Positions 22,763 through 37,000 of a stretch of 64,000 nucleotides of DNA are shown here, in pieces. Numbering within the stretch: position 1 is the stretch's first letter; each line of letters starts with the position of its first letter. This stretch comes from Azolla caroliniana (taxonomy: Eukaryota > Plantae > Polypodiophyta). The stretch lies in the NCBI GenBank assembly GCA_043228905.1, contig JBHGNT010000004.1, positions 2,790,001-2,854,000 on the forward strand, written 5' to 3'. The notes beneath the pieces were generated by a model that was not told the origin of the DNA, searched no databases, and was given only the letters and a program-made list of their open reading frames with translations. A program made the position numbers and the translations under genes.

Positions 22763-25700
22763 CAAACAGTTTTTCCAAAAGGCCTCAAACTTCTAAGACC
22801 CCCAAACGCAATATTTCCTCCTTGTAATGTGGGCATCTGCAGAATTTACAGACACACGTCATAAAGACATCCAAATATTCAGATATTTACATTTATGTAT
22901 GCAGGAAAAAATGGATTTTTTTAAAAAGGACACTAATTACACTAATTACAAGTTGCCAACAGCTGCCACTTTCTCATGTTCCATAAGAAGACAGGAAAAT
23001 CCAATTAGAAGTATATAAAATCTGGCTAAAGTTCTATAATTTTTTTGTTATATCTCATATTACTTCGTGCATGAAAAAAACTAAAATCCCAACATTTCCC
23101 AAAGAGAATTTGTTTTGCTTTTTCCGATGCCGAATCAGCCTCTTTAAAGAGCAAGTGTAAAGAATACATTCTAAACATTCATTATATAGCATCACATAAC
23201 ACCAAACCAGCCTCTCATTTGTATCTTCTAAAATTCTAATATCAAATCAACCTCTAATTTGTGTTGTCTTAAAGCTTCCAACGCCAAATCAGCCTTTATT
23301 TTGTGTCTCCTTAGAGATTTCAATGCTAAATCAATCTCTAATGTGTGTCTTCTTTAATGTTTTGAATGCTGAAATAATCTCTGTTAAAGTAGAATTGTAA
23401 GGAAAAATAACTAAAGATTAATCATATTATAACAATTTTCAATACCAAATCGACCTATAATTTATGTCCTCTTAAAGCACTTGTAAAGACAACTTTCCCA
23501 AACATTGTATAAAATTTGCTCTTTTAAAGTAGAATCTCAAGCCAAAACATTCATGTCTTGTTCTCTTCTAAGAGCAATTATTAGTATTTATAATATATAC
23601 TTCAAACCCTTAAAAACTAAAACTCTATACAATTTTGCAATATGTCTTCCGTAAAATAGAAATTTCCAAGTATATGTCATAACATAAGCCAAAGCCAAAC
23701 AAATATCTTTATGTCGCTTAAAACACAATTGTAAAGAAAAACTTCCCCGAACTGGAATTAATGGCAACCCAAACTTTCTATGACTTCTTTAACGGATGAC
23801 CATTGATTTTCTAACAAGTTCAAAAACAAATATTTGTATAGCATTTTACCAATGCAAAATCAACCACTTTTAAAGTATACTTGTGATGAATTTCTTCAGA
23901 CATTGGTCATACAACACTTTCTAATGCAAAAACATTTCTGTGCAGTCTTTAAAATACAACCTTTTGATCAAATAACGCTTTCTAACGGAAAAACGTTTTT
24001 GTGCCGTTTTTAAATTACAATCGAAGCAACACAATGAGCTCCGAAGATATACCCAAGTAAATTAAGCATGGCTGATGAAGCAGATCAATATGATTCATGT
24101 TTTGTTACAGAAGATATAAAATACACAATCCATGTACGGTTTCCAGGATTTCGCGATTAATCTCAGAATTAGACTAAGAAAGATAATATTGCTGAGCAGA
24201 CCTGCGTTTTCTCGATGGATAATGGAAGATCGCCGATTTTGGTCGTGCACAGAAAGTCGGAGAGCAGGAAACCGTAAAGGAACGAATCCGCAGACAAATA
24301 TAGAGAGGGGGGGAGGGCGACGCACAGAGAAACCCTAGAAAATCCCAGCGAGACAGAGAGCCAATATACGAAATGTGCAGAGCAGAAAAAGAAAAGGGAG
24401 AAGAAATTAAGAAGAAAAAAAGGAGGATGTAAATAATAAAAACAAAATACAATCACAGAGGAAATTGTTTTGTTCTGTTTTGTTTTGAGTCAAGTATTAT
24501 TAAGTTTGTTCATAAGTCAATGAGAAAAGGACTTAAAAAACTACCACCATTTGGAGGCACCTTCCACACTCAATCTACTAAATTACATACATAAATACAT
24601 ACTCAGGAAGGAAGGCATTTTGTTTGTGGCCCTCTCTTGTTCCTTTCTTCGGCTTTCAAGCTCGTTGTCTGATCATATCGTGGTACCACACTTCTTATGG
24701 CGCATGTGTCTTGCCGACATATGTTGTGCAACCTCGCCCCCCGAAACACGTGGGATCGCCTCCTTGAGGGATGAGCACATTCACTAGAGGTTGTTCGCTT
24801 TGTTGCATCGACTCGAGATTATGGCTCACATTTTTGAGGATTTTGTTAAAGTTGTAGTTGTCCGTCGAGCCCTCTATTTTAATTGCGCATCGATGTGCTA
24901 CCCATTTGCACATAGGATCAATTTCTTGCTGCTCGGAATGGGGCTCCCAGGATGTCATTTTCATACTTTCACTTGTTATTTGCTTATTTTGGGGGTGGGT
25001 TTGCTTGGTGGAACTAGTTTCACTTGTCCTTATATGTTTCTTATATTCGTGCGCCTCTAGAAGAGGATCCTTCTATTCTTTGCATTTTTTATCCTAGACA
25101 AACCCTGTGCTCTCAATTGGGGTTAATTTTCCACACCATTTATGCGTTTCTAAATAGAGGCTTGTGGACTAGAGTGGTGGAGCTTATTTGTTAACCGATG
25201 AACCCTCTTGAACCTTCATTTCCATATTCAGCCTTCATGCTTTGTCATTGAACAAAGATAGCCTCATAAAAGAGGTGAATGAGCAAATTGATGGAACACC
25301 ATGCCTTATCTCTACACATGTAACATTTGTGTGCACCAAAGGATATAGCTATTACCTCATCAAGGATATTATTGTATATCCAAATATCCCTTGATGTATT
25401 ACTATATAGCAATGAAAGAGAAGATCATCCCCCAAAATGAGATGATGAATAAAAATTCTCTCATTCGCCTACATCATGACAAGACCATCATATCACAAAC
25501 ACATGGTTATTAATTTGAGTAAGCAAATGCCTAATCCCATACCGCAACCATCCATAACATTGTATATGTGTGCATGGCATTATTGACAAAGCAATGTATA
25601 CCTCTTAGTGTGAGGAGAATTGAATATCATCCCTCTCACTTAGTTTTAAAGATAACTTAATTTATTGAAGCATACAAACTTCATAAAGATTGAGAAAGAT

Positions 25701-26091
25701 TGGTGTTAGGATTTCACATTCTAAAATTGTTGTACATAGTTTGCCTTTTGAAAACAAAGCTCACCAAAAATCCTAGAAAAGAAAAACTCACCAAAAAAGA
25801 TCCTCCATTTTTAAAAACCAAGCTAATAGTAAAATTAAAGTCTGAAAAATAGAATACAGCATTTGGCATCAAGCTTCAACACAAATCTAATGTCTACACA
25901 CAAGGTAAGACATCGGATCAACAAGCAAATATTTAGCAAAATTACATGACGATTAAAAATTGGAATGCTCAGTGTACAGTATTAATTTATTCCTGAGGAA
26001 TACAAGCCTTGGGCCTATATATACATTACAACTTGATCCATCATTTTGATTGGGTCTAATCCCCAAGATTCTTAAGTTATTTTTGGGAATA

Positions 26092-29000
26092 CTATGAATC
26101 AGGTGTGTGGCTTGTTGCAACAACATTCATGCAAGATGCATTTGGATGTTTCGGCATCCACTTCCCTTTGTCAAAAGTATTTAATGTTTTTACTCTTATT
26201 TCACCATCAGGAAAAATGGACACCTGTAAAACAATTGGAGTTAAAAAATAGACGGTCAAATTCAGAACACAAATTACAAAGCTAGAAAACTGCAAGTCAT
26301 TTAGAATATAATAATCTCAGCAAGTATCCAAGAAGGTTTTAGTGGAATTGGCTATATACAATAAATCTAAAGAATCAAGTTGATCTAATCTTTGCTTTAA
26401 GTCCTTGTTTGGGGAAGTAGGTTTATTCACTCTCACTTTAATCATATGCATTCCTTTTTTGAGTTCAATTCTTTACTAGTTTATAAAACTATTCACAACT
26501 GCATTCAAATTTTGATGTTAAATGAAGAATTTATTTTCACGTTTCTAACACAAACACTCAGCATAACAAATAATTGTTAACTGGAAATGAAAATGATAAC
26601 AAAGAAAGAGTTTTGCAAACAGTTTACACACCTTGTCCATAGCTAGACGGTCTGTGCCATATAAATATTCCTGATCAATTCCTCTTTTACTAGCCTAAAA
26701 CACAAGAATTTTAAAAAAAATTATATGTTACGCGTTGCAACTTGGTTAGAAGTCTTTAGATATTCATTTTCTAATTCTACTTAACAAAACAAACCAATCT
26801 ATTTTAGTAAATGGAATCAATGTGTTTGCCCAATGAAGGTTACTGTTTGCCCAATCTATTTTAGAAAATGATATTAAGCCCAATGAAGATTACTGTTTGC
26901 CCATTGTCTTTGAATATTTTCTCTATGGTGTGGGTGTATGTAGATTGAAGAAATTCCTCTATGATCGAAACCCGTGACCCCTATAAAATAATGAAATCCG
27001 AGCTATCACTGTGTCTTCTCTGGTGCATAAGTCTGCCCACTAGATTTTCTTTAGTACAATGCATTCATACAAATTTCTACTTTCTTACAGATATTTCCTA
27101 TGAACAACTATGATCATGTTTATCAATCACTTTATCTTATTGTAGTCAATTAAATGGATGATGGTGTCAGTCGTATGATCACTTTGTTCTCGTATGTCAT
27201 TGTGGCTACACCATTCCTGAGTAGAAATCCATTCTACTACATAAATGTGATGTACACAGAACAAGCACATACACACATTTGAAGTTGCATTTAAAATGAA
27301 GAGTATGTCTTACATCAAGTTTGAGAGCTCGTACAACAGTATTGAAGCTTGATGCACCCTTAATCAGCATTTTATTATGATGGATAAAATTCTGCCACTC
27401 AACAAAATAGAATTAAAAATATTAGTTCAGTTACCATATATCTGAACACACGTTTAAGTAAAAAATTAAACAGGCATCCAGTTTATAATAACAAAAACAT
27501 CTCCCTAAATATGCAGGCTTCACTATATCATATATGGCATGTGTTTATATACTAGTTCTCTTGTATATATAAAGTGCTTGTGCATGCTTTGCATGTTGAA
27601 ATTTAAACACATGCAATCAGTACCCTTCAAATACCATCCGCGACAGAAATTTCTGAAGGTTTCAATGTAAATGTCATGTTACATGTAGATTATTATATGT
27701 GATGCAATACAAGCCAAGAAAATAGTATACTTACTGCCAAAACATAAATTAAGTAGATAAAAAAGTTATGTTTTTGTGGTGGAATCACATAAATAATTTT
27801 CATGGATTACTTACATTTCCAAACATTTGATCCTTGAAATGCTGCATCTCATCATTATTCTTTTGCTTTTGCTCCAATGCAGCAGTTTGTTGCTGCTGCA
27901 AATGGTCAATTAACGACATCAATGCCTCACGCTCACCAGCAAGGACATCCTTAGCTTGTAAAATATCTGCCAATTGCTGTTTTCCCCATTCCCCAGACTC
28001 CACAACCTGAGACAGCCGTCTGCATTCCAGCTTGGATCTCTCATTTTCCTTCTCAATGACTGCTACATATTCTTCCAGCTTCACAAACTTCTTTTTCCCT
28101 TGTAACTATCACAATTGTGTTTCTTAGACTATACCTTCTTTTTCAATGAATGTACTTATTAGTTAGAAAATAATAAATTACTGCTTTTACATGGATCATT
28201 CCAATGCTCTCCTTTGGGCTTTAGATAAAAACAAATGGTTAAAAGGTTAACTTGTTCCTATATTTCAGATATAGGCAGTTTTTCTTTCATCATGGAGTTC
28301 AGTTTCATTATCATCATTAAATTTCCACCATATGTGATGTGCAATAAGTAGTTCTATCTGTACAAAGAATATTTAATTGGTCCCTCTCCCTCTCATGTAT
28401 ACTTTTATAGACGGTCAATATCTAGCTGGAAAAGGATAGTGACACCAGCATCAAATTACGATAGAGCACATTACTTTCAAAAGAGGTTTCTAGATTTCAA
28501 GTATTTATAAATCTTGTCATACACATGCACATTTGTGTGCATGTGTTCGTTCATACACATACTCATCCTCACACTCACACTCATATACATTACATACACA
28601 ACATCCACTCTATCGTCTTTCACCCTTATCCCTCCCCATACATCTCATATGGGTAACACTACACATGTAAAAGAATCCTATGAAGTTAAACTGTTATCTT
28701 TCCTTACTTGCATGAAGAGAAGCCAAGATCTATAAGCCATCTTCAACTTGTGGCGATTCATTTTCCTTATAACTCGATTTTGAAAGCATTGCCACCATTT
28801 CTGATCTTGACAAGCATGTCTAAATGCATTGAAATACCACAACAATTGCTTTCTTTGTATCCTTGATTTCATTTCTTTATCCCTTCTTACTTGTCTAACC
28901 CATGATACAAAAACTTGGGAGAGCCGGCATCTTGCAATTTTCCGTAAGTAAATATCTAGCTGAAAGTTCTTGTACCTCCAAGCTCTAAAGCATGCACCTA

Positions 29001-32000
29001 AACGCTTGTTTGTAATTCTTTTTACCACTCTCCTATACACGAGACTTGCTTGTGAATAATAGAATTACATCCCTATTATCGAAAAAGGAAAGGTGAACAG
29101 AAATCTTACATATGGAATAATTTCACTTTTGTAACAAGATTCCACATCTCGAATATATGACAGAGTCTCCTCTTCAACAATTTTTGATAGAGAACAATTA
29201 ATGAAAGACGCCTTGTCTTTACAAGATGACATCCTTCCTGCAACATATACATATGTTCTATTAAGATAGATTGAATCACAATGACATATTCATCAAATGC
29301 TTTTAGAATAGCCGTAACTGTGTTGCTGCAATACATTATAGCCAAAATGCATTGGTTGCATAGAGTATGTGGGTCTCTGAAATGAACTCATTGCCAGTAC
29401 AGAGAAATAAAGAAAACCCTTATCATGAAATATCTATGTTACTAATGGCTCTTGAAAAACCAGAAATCCATCGAAAGATTCTGATTCTGAACCAACTGGT
29501 TCATATGTTTGCCAAGGTGTGTATTTATTAATTAAATGTGTAAAAAGTCTTTCAGAATTGCTGTGTGGCCTCTTTGATTACAGCATTTTAATTCTTATAC
29601 AAACTCAGTGTTTAGAGTTAGAGATCTAAGGTTTGAGGAGGAAATAAACAGTACAAAAAAATTTGCTGCTATTGATTATCCCCTTGTACAAACCACATAA
29701 AATTCTATTACTCAATCTACATATCCAAGATAAATAAATACTGAGTACAAAAGAGACCTACTAGGAAAGCAAAAAATATTCGTTCTAATCGCTTGTGGTG
29801 CATGAAAACTTCTGCCCTTCTTCCTAAGCGCTCTTTGAGTTTATCATTCATGTCTTTAAGAATTCGTTTCTCTTTTCTAATACATTTAAAATTTCAACCA
29901 AGAAACTAAATGTGAGATTTGTTACCACAAAGGAAGAATTTAGATGGCACCTATTCTTAAACATACAAGTTTGTAAACAAAGTGCTACCTGCGATCTAAA
30001 GTTTTTTGTTTTCTTTTTCGTACAAATTCAATCCATAATGTCCTGTATAAGTTAACTCGAAATTTTAAGCAACATATCTAAGGATTATAATCAACCTGCA
30101 ATTTATAATTAGCTCAATATATATTCATTTAACTTCATTAGTGTACACATGGCATCATTCACCTCAATTTCCAGTATAATATTATTTGGTTTGAACTTTG
30201 TATACACTGTGGAACTAGCATCACTGAATGAAAAATTACATTATAAACTATTTTAGAATTTGAAGTGTACTCGAAAGAATATTCAAATTTCGAAAATTAT
30301 ACCCATGGGCTGCCCATTTATTTCCAATGATTGTAATGCCCTATTGCTAACACGAATTGTCCCTCATGGAAGCCTGCTTGCGCATAATCATCCCTATCCC
30401 TTCTTGGGGTGGTCTATTTTTGACAGTTGTATGCTTTCAATATATCTTAGGGCATATCTACGTACAGATAGATTTTACCTTTACTTTTCTATCCTGCATT
30501 GACTCCCGATTGTCTCTCCCCATTCCTGGACTCTGGTCTTACACCCCATCCCTTGTGACAATGTTCTATACTTCTGTATACTTTTTTATTTGTTAAAAGG
30601 GATGTTACCATAATTTCAATCTTGATCATTTTGAAGTCAATTTCAATTCCTTGTGAGCCATTTTTCCACCCATTATTGTTTCAGTGTCACACTGCTATGC
30701 CAATGTTTGCCCTTCGAATACATAAAGTTGCATTCAAACTACATTTTTCTTGGGAGCTTCTTTCTTCAGTTTGCTCTCTCCAGAGGAGTTTTTAACAAAG
30801 ATTTATGATTACAGAGAGATAGGACACAATTTTAATTTAGAAACTGGAGATCAGTGCAAACTCAGGGCCAAGATGCCTATTTATAAGATGCACAGTGAGC
30901 AACCCAAGAGAACCCTTAGATATTCAAAAAACAATATTGCACATTATAGGTTTATTTCTTGTGAATGTCTCTGACTGATTGGATGAACAAAAGAAAATCT
31001 CATATCACATCAACTACAACTAATGAATGCTATGTTGCAGGGGTTCTTAATGATGAAGGCACAGTAGGAAAAAATATAGACTTTAACTATTGCCTTGTCT
31101 ACTCAATACATGTGTTCCATAGATGCAAGAAATGGCATTTCTTACTTCAGAAATGGAGCAGTTGTTTCCTCTGAAGAAAATCATGGTTTCTTAGCATCCA
31201 AAATCTGGGTTTATGAAGCCTTTTTCTTATTCTATTCTCCCATTTTCCTTGGTTTTTTGACTGGCTGTTCAATAAATCTCTTCTATGGAAGGCTCCAAGA
31301 GATTGTTATGATAGATGGAGCTATAACATTTTGACATGCATGCAATATATATCCACTAGGAAGACAATACCATTCTAAGCATAAATCAGCTAGTTAACAA
31401 GGAAAAATCACAATACGCTAAAAACAGTTACCTACCACAGACGATGTAGAAGGTGGCGACGTAAAACCTTTTCCACAGATGCTTGAAGTCTTTTATACTT
31501 TCTATTTCTCAATAAATCCAAGCACCATGCTTTGAATGCACGGGATAGCAATCCTTGTGTTAATAGCATCCTTGCCCGATACAGCATTATTTTTTTCTCA
31601 TTTTTCTTGTCAATATAAAGTCTCCAACCCATCAATGCAGCTCTTAAGTATCTAAAATTGTGTTTTCTCACCTGCATATTAAGTTTTGGGCATAAATATA
31701 CTGTCATGATTCTCTACAATAGATAATATGGTACTGCAATAGAACAGAAAACAAATTTATATATGGTACAACTGTATCTCGATCATTCAAAAGCACATGA
31801 AAAAGCATACTTGATGCAGAATTGAACATACCTGTATTAATAGCAATGATCGATTCTTCTCAATAGAAGCTTTAACTCTCTCTGCATTTGCAGCTAGTTC
31901 ATCAATCTGCTTGTATGCCATTCTCACAGGCAATTCATGTTCTTGAATTGCTAACTTCAAAATCTGAAAAGTGTAGACCATCAACTATATAAACTACAAT

Positions 32001-33062
32001 AAATATCCCTGGATGTTTTCACACTATGCCTTCTTTTGGGATTTTCCTGCTTTTTGTGTTTACTTTTTACTACCTAGCTTACCTGCCCATTATGTTCCCT
32101 ATTAACGAGTAAGACTAAAATGGGCTTGTAAATTGAGTGGATATGAGTGAGAGAAAAGGAGAGAAGAAAAACACAACAAAAAATAAAAATAAAAAAAGAG
32201 AGTATAAAACAGAAATATGTAACAGAAATCAATAAAAGAGAAGTGCATCTCAAGGTATACATTTTCTCCACCATTTCATGCACTTCATTGATTAAATGCT
32301 CTAGCTAACCCTACCTATGTCAAAAGTAAACATGAGAAGATGATGTGCGCCAATTAGAATATAGTCTAGATACGTTATGCTCTATACAATCCATTTGATT
32401 CAATATATACTAACAAACATATGTACATAAGGGAAAGAATCCCCTAAAACACATTTGATTGATCATTCGACTATCCGTATGCTTTTTTGACATGGATGCT
32501 TCCCTCTAATAAGGTCGTGGTTGGGTTGGTGAGACATCTCCAGCTCTCATTCGACTTATTCACTATTCATTGGTCAATCAGGAGAGATTCTCTGAATTTT
32601 ATTGTGGTTTATTCATTATTATTGATTTTGTGATCGAATTGAAATGATCACGAGCAATAGTCCAACCATAATGTTTCGTTTTATTTATTTATTAACAGAT
32701 AAATACACGAATAAGATCGATACTCAGAGCATTAAAGAGATATATAAAAGAATTTCAGCTAGCAATACCTTCATTAGAGAATGTGTTTCAGTCGGGTTAA
32801 TGTGATTGGTGACCGCTGCTTGTCGACTTAATCTCCTCTTCTGCAACACTTTTCGCACACCTTCGAGATCATCATTATCTGTACTAGCACAGCTTGATCT
32901 ATCACTTACATCTGAAGATGCATAAAGAGCCTTTTTTCCTAAGAAAGGTTCTGAATTAAACCCCAGATTCTGATGCTCCAAGGGAGAAGAAAGATCGCCT
33001 GATACAGAGGTCATCTGATCTGAAATAATGGGATTAGGGTCAGAAGTCTCAGAGTTCTCCAT
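26092..33062 (-). CDS. Multi-exon Sfi1-like Trp-repeat/coiled-coil protein (exons about 32769-33062, 31832-31963, 31436-31671, 29989-30042, 29762-29876, 29110-29237, 28708-29032, possible small exon near 28.2 kb, about 27813-28105, about 27314-27391, about 26632-26694, 26092-26223)
   Basis: Exons have GT-AG boundaries and compatible phases. Repeated basic R/K..L...F..W units (LLSRAFKAW, LGACFRAW, LSQVFVSW, LKMAYRSW, LCHIFEMW) precede a coiled coil and a C-terminal KMLIKGASSFNTVVRALK..MDKVSIFPDGEI block. Confidence 0.75.
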
Positions 33063-36000
33063 GGAAGCAGAAGAAGAAGAGCTTGGTAACGTATTCTTTT
33101 AGCTTCTGCTTGTACTGCTCACTACTTTACACTGTGGTTGGAACTTGGAGAATTCTGCTTCATCAGGGCATCTTTCTTCTTCATTAGGGTTTTCATTCGC
33201 TCTGTTTGTTGAAGTGCTCTTCTGAGCTTGGATCATCTGGCATCTCATAACTGTCTCCAAATAATGAAGAACAAAGCAGCAGCTTTTGCATTTTAACTGT
33301 TAATAATTATTTTATTTTATTTTTATTTTTTATTATGATTATTCGAATATACCGCATTTTGAATCTTGATTATTATTATTATTATTATTATTATATACAT
33401 ATTGTGGTGTCTCTTATACATATAAATTATTAATTTGGAAATATTAGCAAGGAAAACCACCCGATTAGCAAATTACTATGGAGTCATTAAGCCTTCGTAA
33501 TGAATTAAGTGTTTGTTAAGTGCATTGCCAAACTTCTTACAATGGCTAATTATTAATCATTGGAGTGGCTCCCCTACCTGATTAATTCTTCAATCAGACA
33601 TAATCTTGACATAAGTTGGCTCAACTATTCACTTTTGTTTGTTATTGGTTATGACTCGAATATGCAATTGCCCAAATAATGGGTGTTTGATTATTAATGC
33701 TTCGAATTGTCTCTTCATTTCGTTCCCTATGTTCTTATTAGCTCTTTAAAAAAGGAATGATGATTGGTCGTTTCCAAAAAAATTGATGATTTTTCCTATA
33801 AATTCTTGGAAATAAATATATTGGTATAAAGAATGCCATTGATTGTTACATGCATGGCCATAAGTTATCCTGTGGTAGTTTGCAATGCCCCAACAAAAGA
33901 CAACTTCATTGTCTATTGAGGTTGTCGTTGGTGTTGCATTCCCTCTTGATTCACAACCCCAAGCTCATTCGGAATTCCAAGAGCACTTTTGCCGTGATCC
34001 CAAAAATCTGACCCTTGACAATGATCTCTCTTTTCCTTTTTGTAGGCCTTTGGAGCTCTTCGTGCAAATAGTATCTCTCATTTTTCACTTTCATATGCAC
34101 CTTCACTTATCTTCCTTGAACACTTGGCATGCACAAAATGTCGATTACCATGTCCATCTATTTCACATTCCTTTTTTTCTTTCCAAAACAAAATATCCTT
34201 CCATTAGTTTTAAAAAACCTATCAAGTACAAACTACAAAAGAGATGAAAAAGAAGAGGAAAAAGGACTATCCCAATGACTAGCCATAGATCATGCCGCCT
34301 ACTTTATCATACCAAAAAATGACATCATAATAATTAGACACCTTACACATGCCTTCAAGGATAGAGTTGTATAGCATCCTCATTCTTATCCTACTCAATA
34401 TATCCCAATAACATGGGAAGCCGTTGTATCATATCTCCTCAAATCATATGTGATAAATGGTGACCTTCAACTTGCCTTCATTACATAATGTGCTCATGCT
34501 TCAATTGGTGCTCCACCTTTACAGTTCCAATCTTCGTTGATCCATGCTCAACATATCTTGTAATAGATGCATTTCACACGACAACATGTTTTTTTGCAAG
34601 AATACCATTTCACATTCCTTTTATTTGTCCCATCCCATGGACATCGCCTTTATCTTTTACAGTCCAAAGAAAACTAAAACCCTTGATCTTTTTGTTCCTA
34701 GAGAAAGCTCTTGATGATTGAGCTATGTTTTTTTGTTGCTTTAATTTTTATCATGTCTCATGTCCTTCTTGTCACACCTTTGCTCTATCCGTCAACCTTT
34801 ATAAAATAACTTTGATGTATTCCCTCATGTGAGCTTCCCACATCACAATGTGTAGTTTTCCTTTTTCCTTTTTCTTTCTCACCCAATTCCTTGCTTTCAA
34901 TCTTGATCCGAAATCAATCACAAAGTTGTTGAAATCTAGCATAGAAATTCAAGTTGTGGGTAGAAAAGAATTAATCAATCTTGTTTGCAATGATTTTCAC
35001 TAGATCTAAACTTGAGTAGTGGGATACATGTGATTTGCTCGGGACCACACAAAAGAGCTTCTATGTGGGTTTCATAAGGATACAAATGTGCTTTCTCATG
35101 GAGAGCCTTATTGAGTACTTCTTTCATGTTGAGTAGTTGTGGACAAGTGGCCCACGTGTCCGATGTGAAAGAATATATCTACAAGTTCTAAGGAAAAACT
35201 AATGTTATCACACTGAGGAAAGCCTTGCAAAGAATTCCTTATCACTTGGCGGGATTCTTTATGTACCTTCTTTTCACTTCTTTCTTTGAGTGTTGTTCGT
35301 ATATAGATTTACATTTAAGATATACATACAAAATTGATTTGGGCAATTAGTCTATTTAAAGTGTTTTTAATAGATTACATTGGGGTATAGAAGTTATCAA
35401 TTCCACTAATTATAAAGAGATTCGGGAAGAAAATAAAATATGCAAGAATTTGGGGGGATATTTGGATTCAGGATTGCGAGCCTATGATTGATGAGTGTTG
35501 GATTGGTCATTATTGTTGCATTGGTCATTGTAGGCTTCCCACAAGTCCTCTTGATTCATTTTCCATTACATATGTTCACCTTGTCAATGTAACTTAGGCA
35601 TTCAAATCAAGAAATAACCAAACCCGACAATGATGTCCCTTGCAAAATGTACATCACTTGTATGCTTCCTTGTCATCACTTATTTATTGCAGCTCCAATC
35701 CCCCCCCCCTTTTCAAATCTTTGACTACTTTGTTAGCAATTATTAGAGCTCCACATTTGACTTAAGCATTGTTATTGTTTCAATTATCTTCTTCTTGCTT
35801 TTTCTTTCGTGATTACTTCGATTAGAATCTCGAGCTTTGTACAACTTACCTTTTCCTCACGTCAGATGTCGCACCCATGCTACCACTCAAAGAAACATAC
35901 TAGGATATGTCATGTTGAAATCCAACTTATGACTAGCATATAAGTGTGCCTAACTTTTATGACATGTGATACCAAGAACACGAGCACAATATTAAGGAGT

Positions 36001-36952
36001 TTCGGCTCATTTCTCATCATCCTTCCTAATAATTTTCACATCACTATATGTCATGCCAAAGTCATATCTTTCAATATGGGGCATAGAGCCCCATCATCGA
36101 ATGATCACATACATACGAAGAAGGGAAGAGACAAGCAACAAGATAAACTTGTATATAATGACATTAGATGTTAAAGAAATAGTGAATTCATAGCAACATG
36201 TAAGACAACTTAAAAGTGAAGGGTAAAGAATACAAGTGAAGCATGTGTAAGTATGGGAGTGTTACACTTGGCTTCTCTTTTATGTATATATCAGATTTTT
36301 TAACTTAAATTGAGGTTTTCCACCAATTGGCGTTTATACTCCATAAACTTGAGGTTGGATATCAAGGGATCATGTTTTAGGAAGCCCACCTTGTATTTCT
36401 CCCAAAGGTCTCCCAAAGGGCCAACATGACTCGTCCCAACATCCCATGGAAGTTGGTGTGTTGTTTTTTTTATCTACGACATTCAAAGGGGGATCCTTTA
36501 GTTCAATGAATATCGCCTTATGCTAGTATACCTTGGTAGTGAAAAAAATATGAAGAAGATAGGTTAGCCTCACCAATAAAGTTTTGACAATTTGTCAAAA
36601 TGTCGTAATGGTGGGGGTAGTTAGTTCCCTTCATATAGTCCAACACCTAAGACTCCCAAACCACCACATGTCATATGTCCTTATGGGTTTGTCCCCGTTC
36701 CCAAGATAATTGATTTCTCAATTATCCTACCCTTAGACCTCAATCTAGTAACTTATGATGAAATAATATGTATGCCATAATTATTAGAGAGGTGTGAAAG
36801 TTGAGAACCAAGGCTTAATATTAGTAGTCTAACAACTTATCAATAAATTATTTACATACACTTGAACCCATGTTTGTCGAGCTATTTATTATATGGCACT
36901 TATCAATAACAATATGGCTTAGTTTAAACCTATGCACCCCTTTCACCTTGAA

Positions 36953-36956
<4 letters not shown>

Positions 36957-36998
<42 letters not shown>
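36957..36998. repeat. (GA)n microsatellite
   Basis: Direct reading. Confidence 0.95.

Positions 36999-37000
<2 letters not shown>

Noticed and set aside
33850-36270. Intact LTR retrotransposon (TGTTACA end at about 36266)
   Set aside because: No matching second LTR or recognisable gag/pol; only degenerate fragments.
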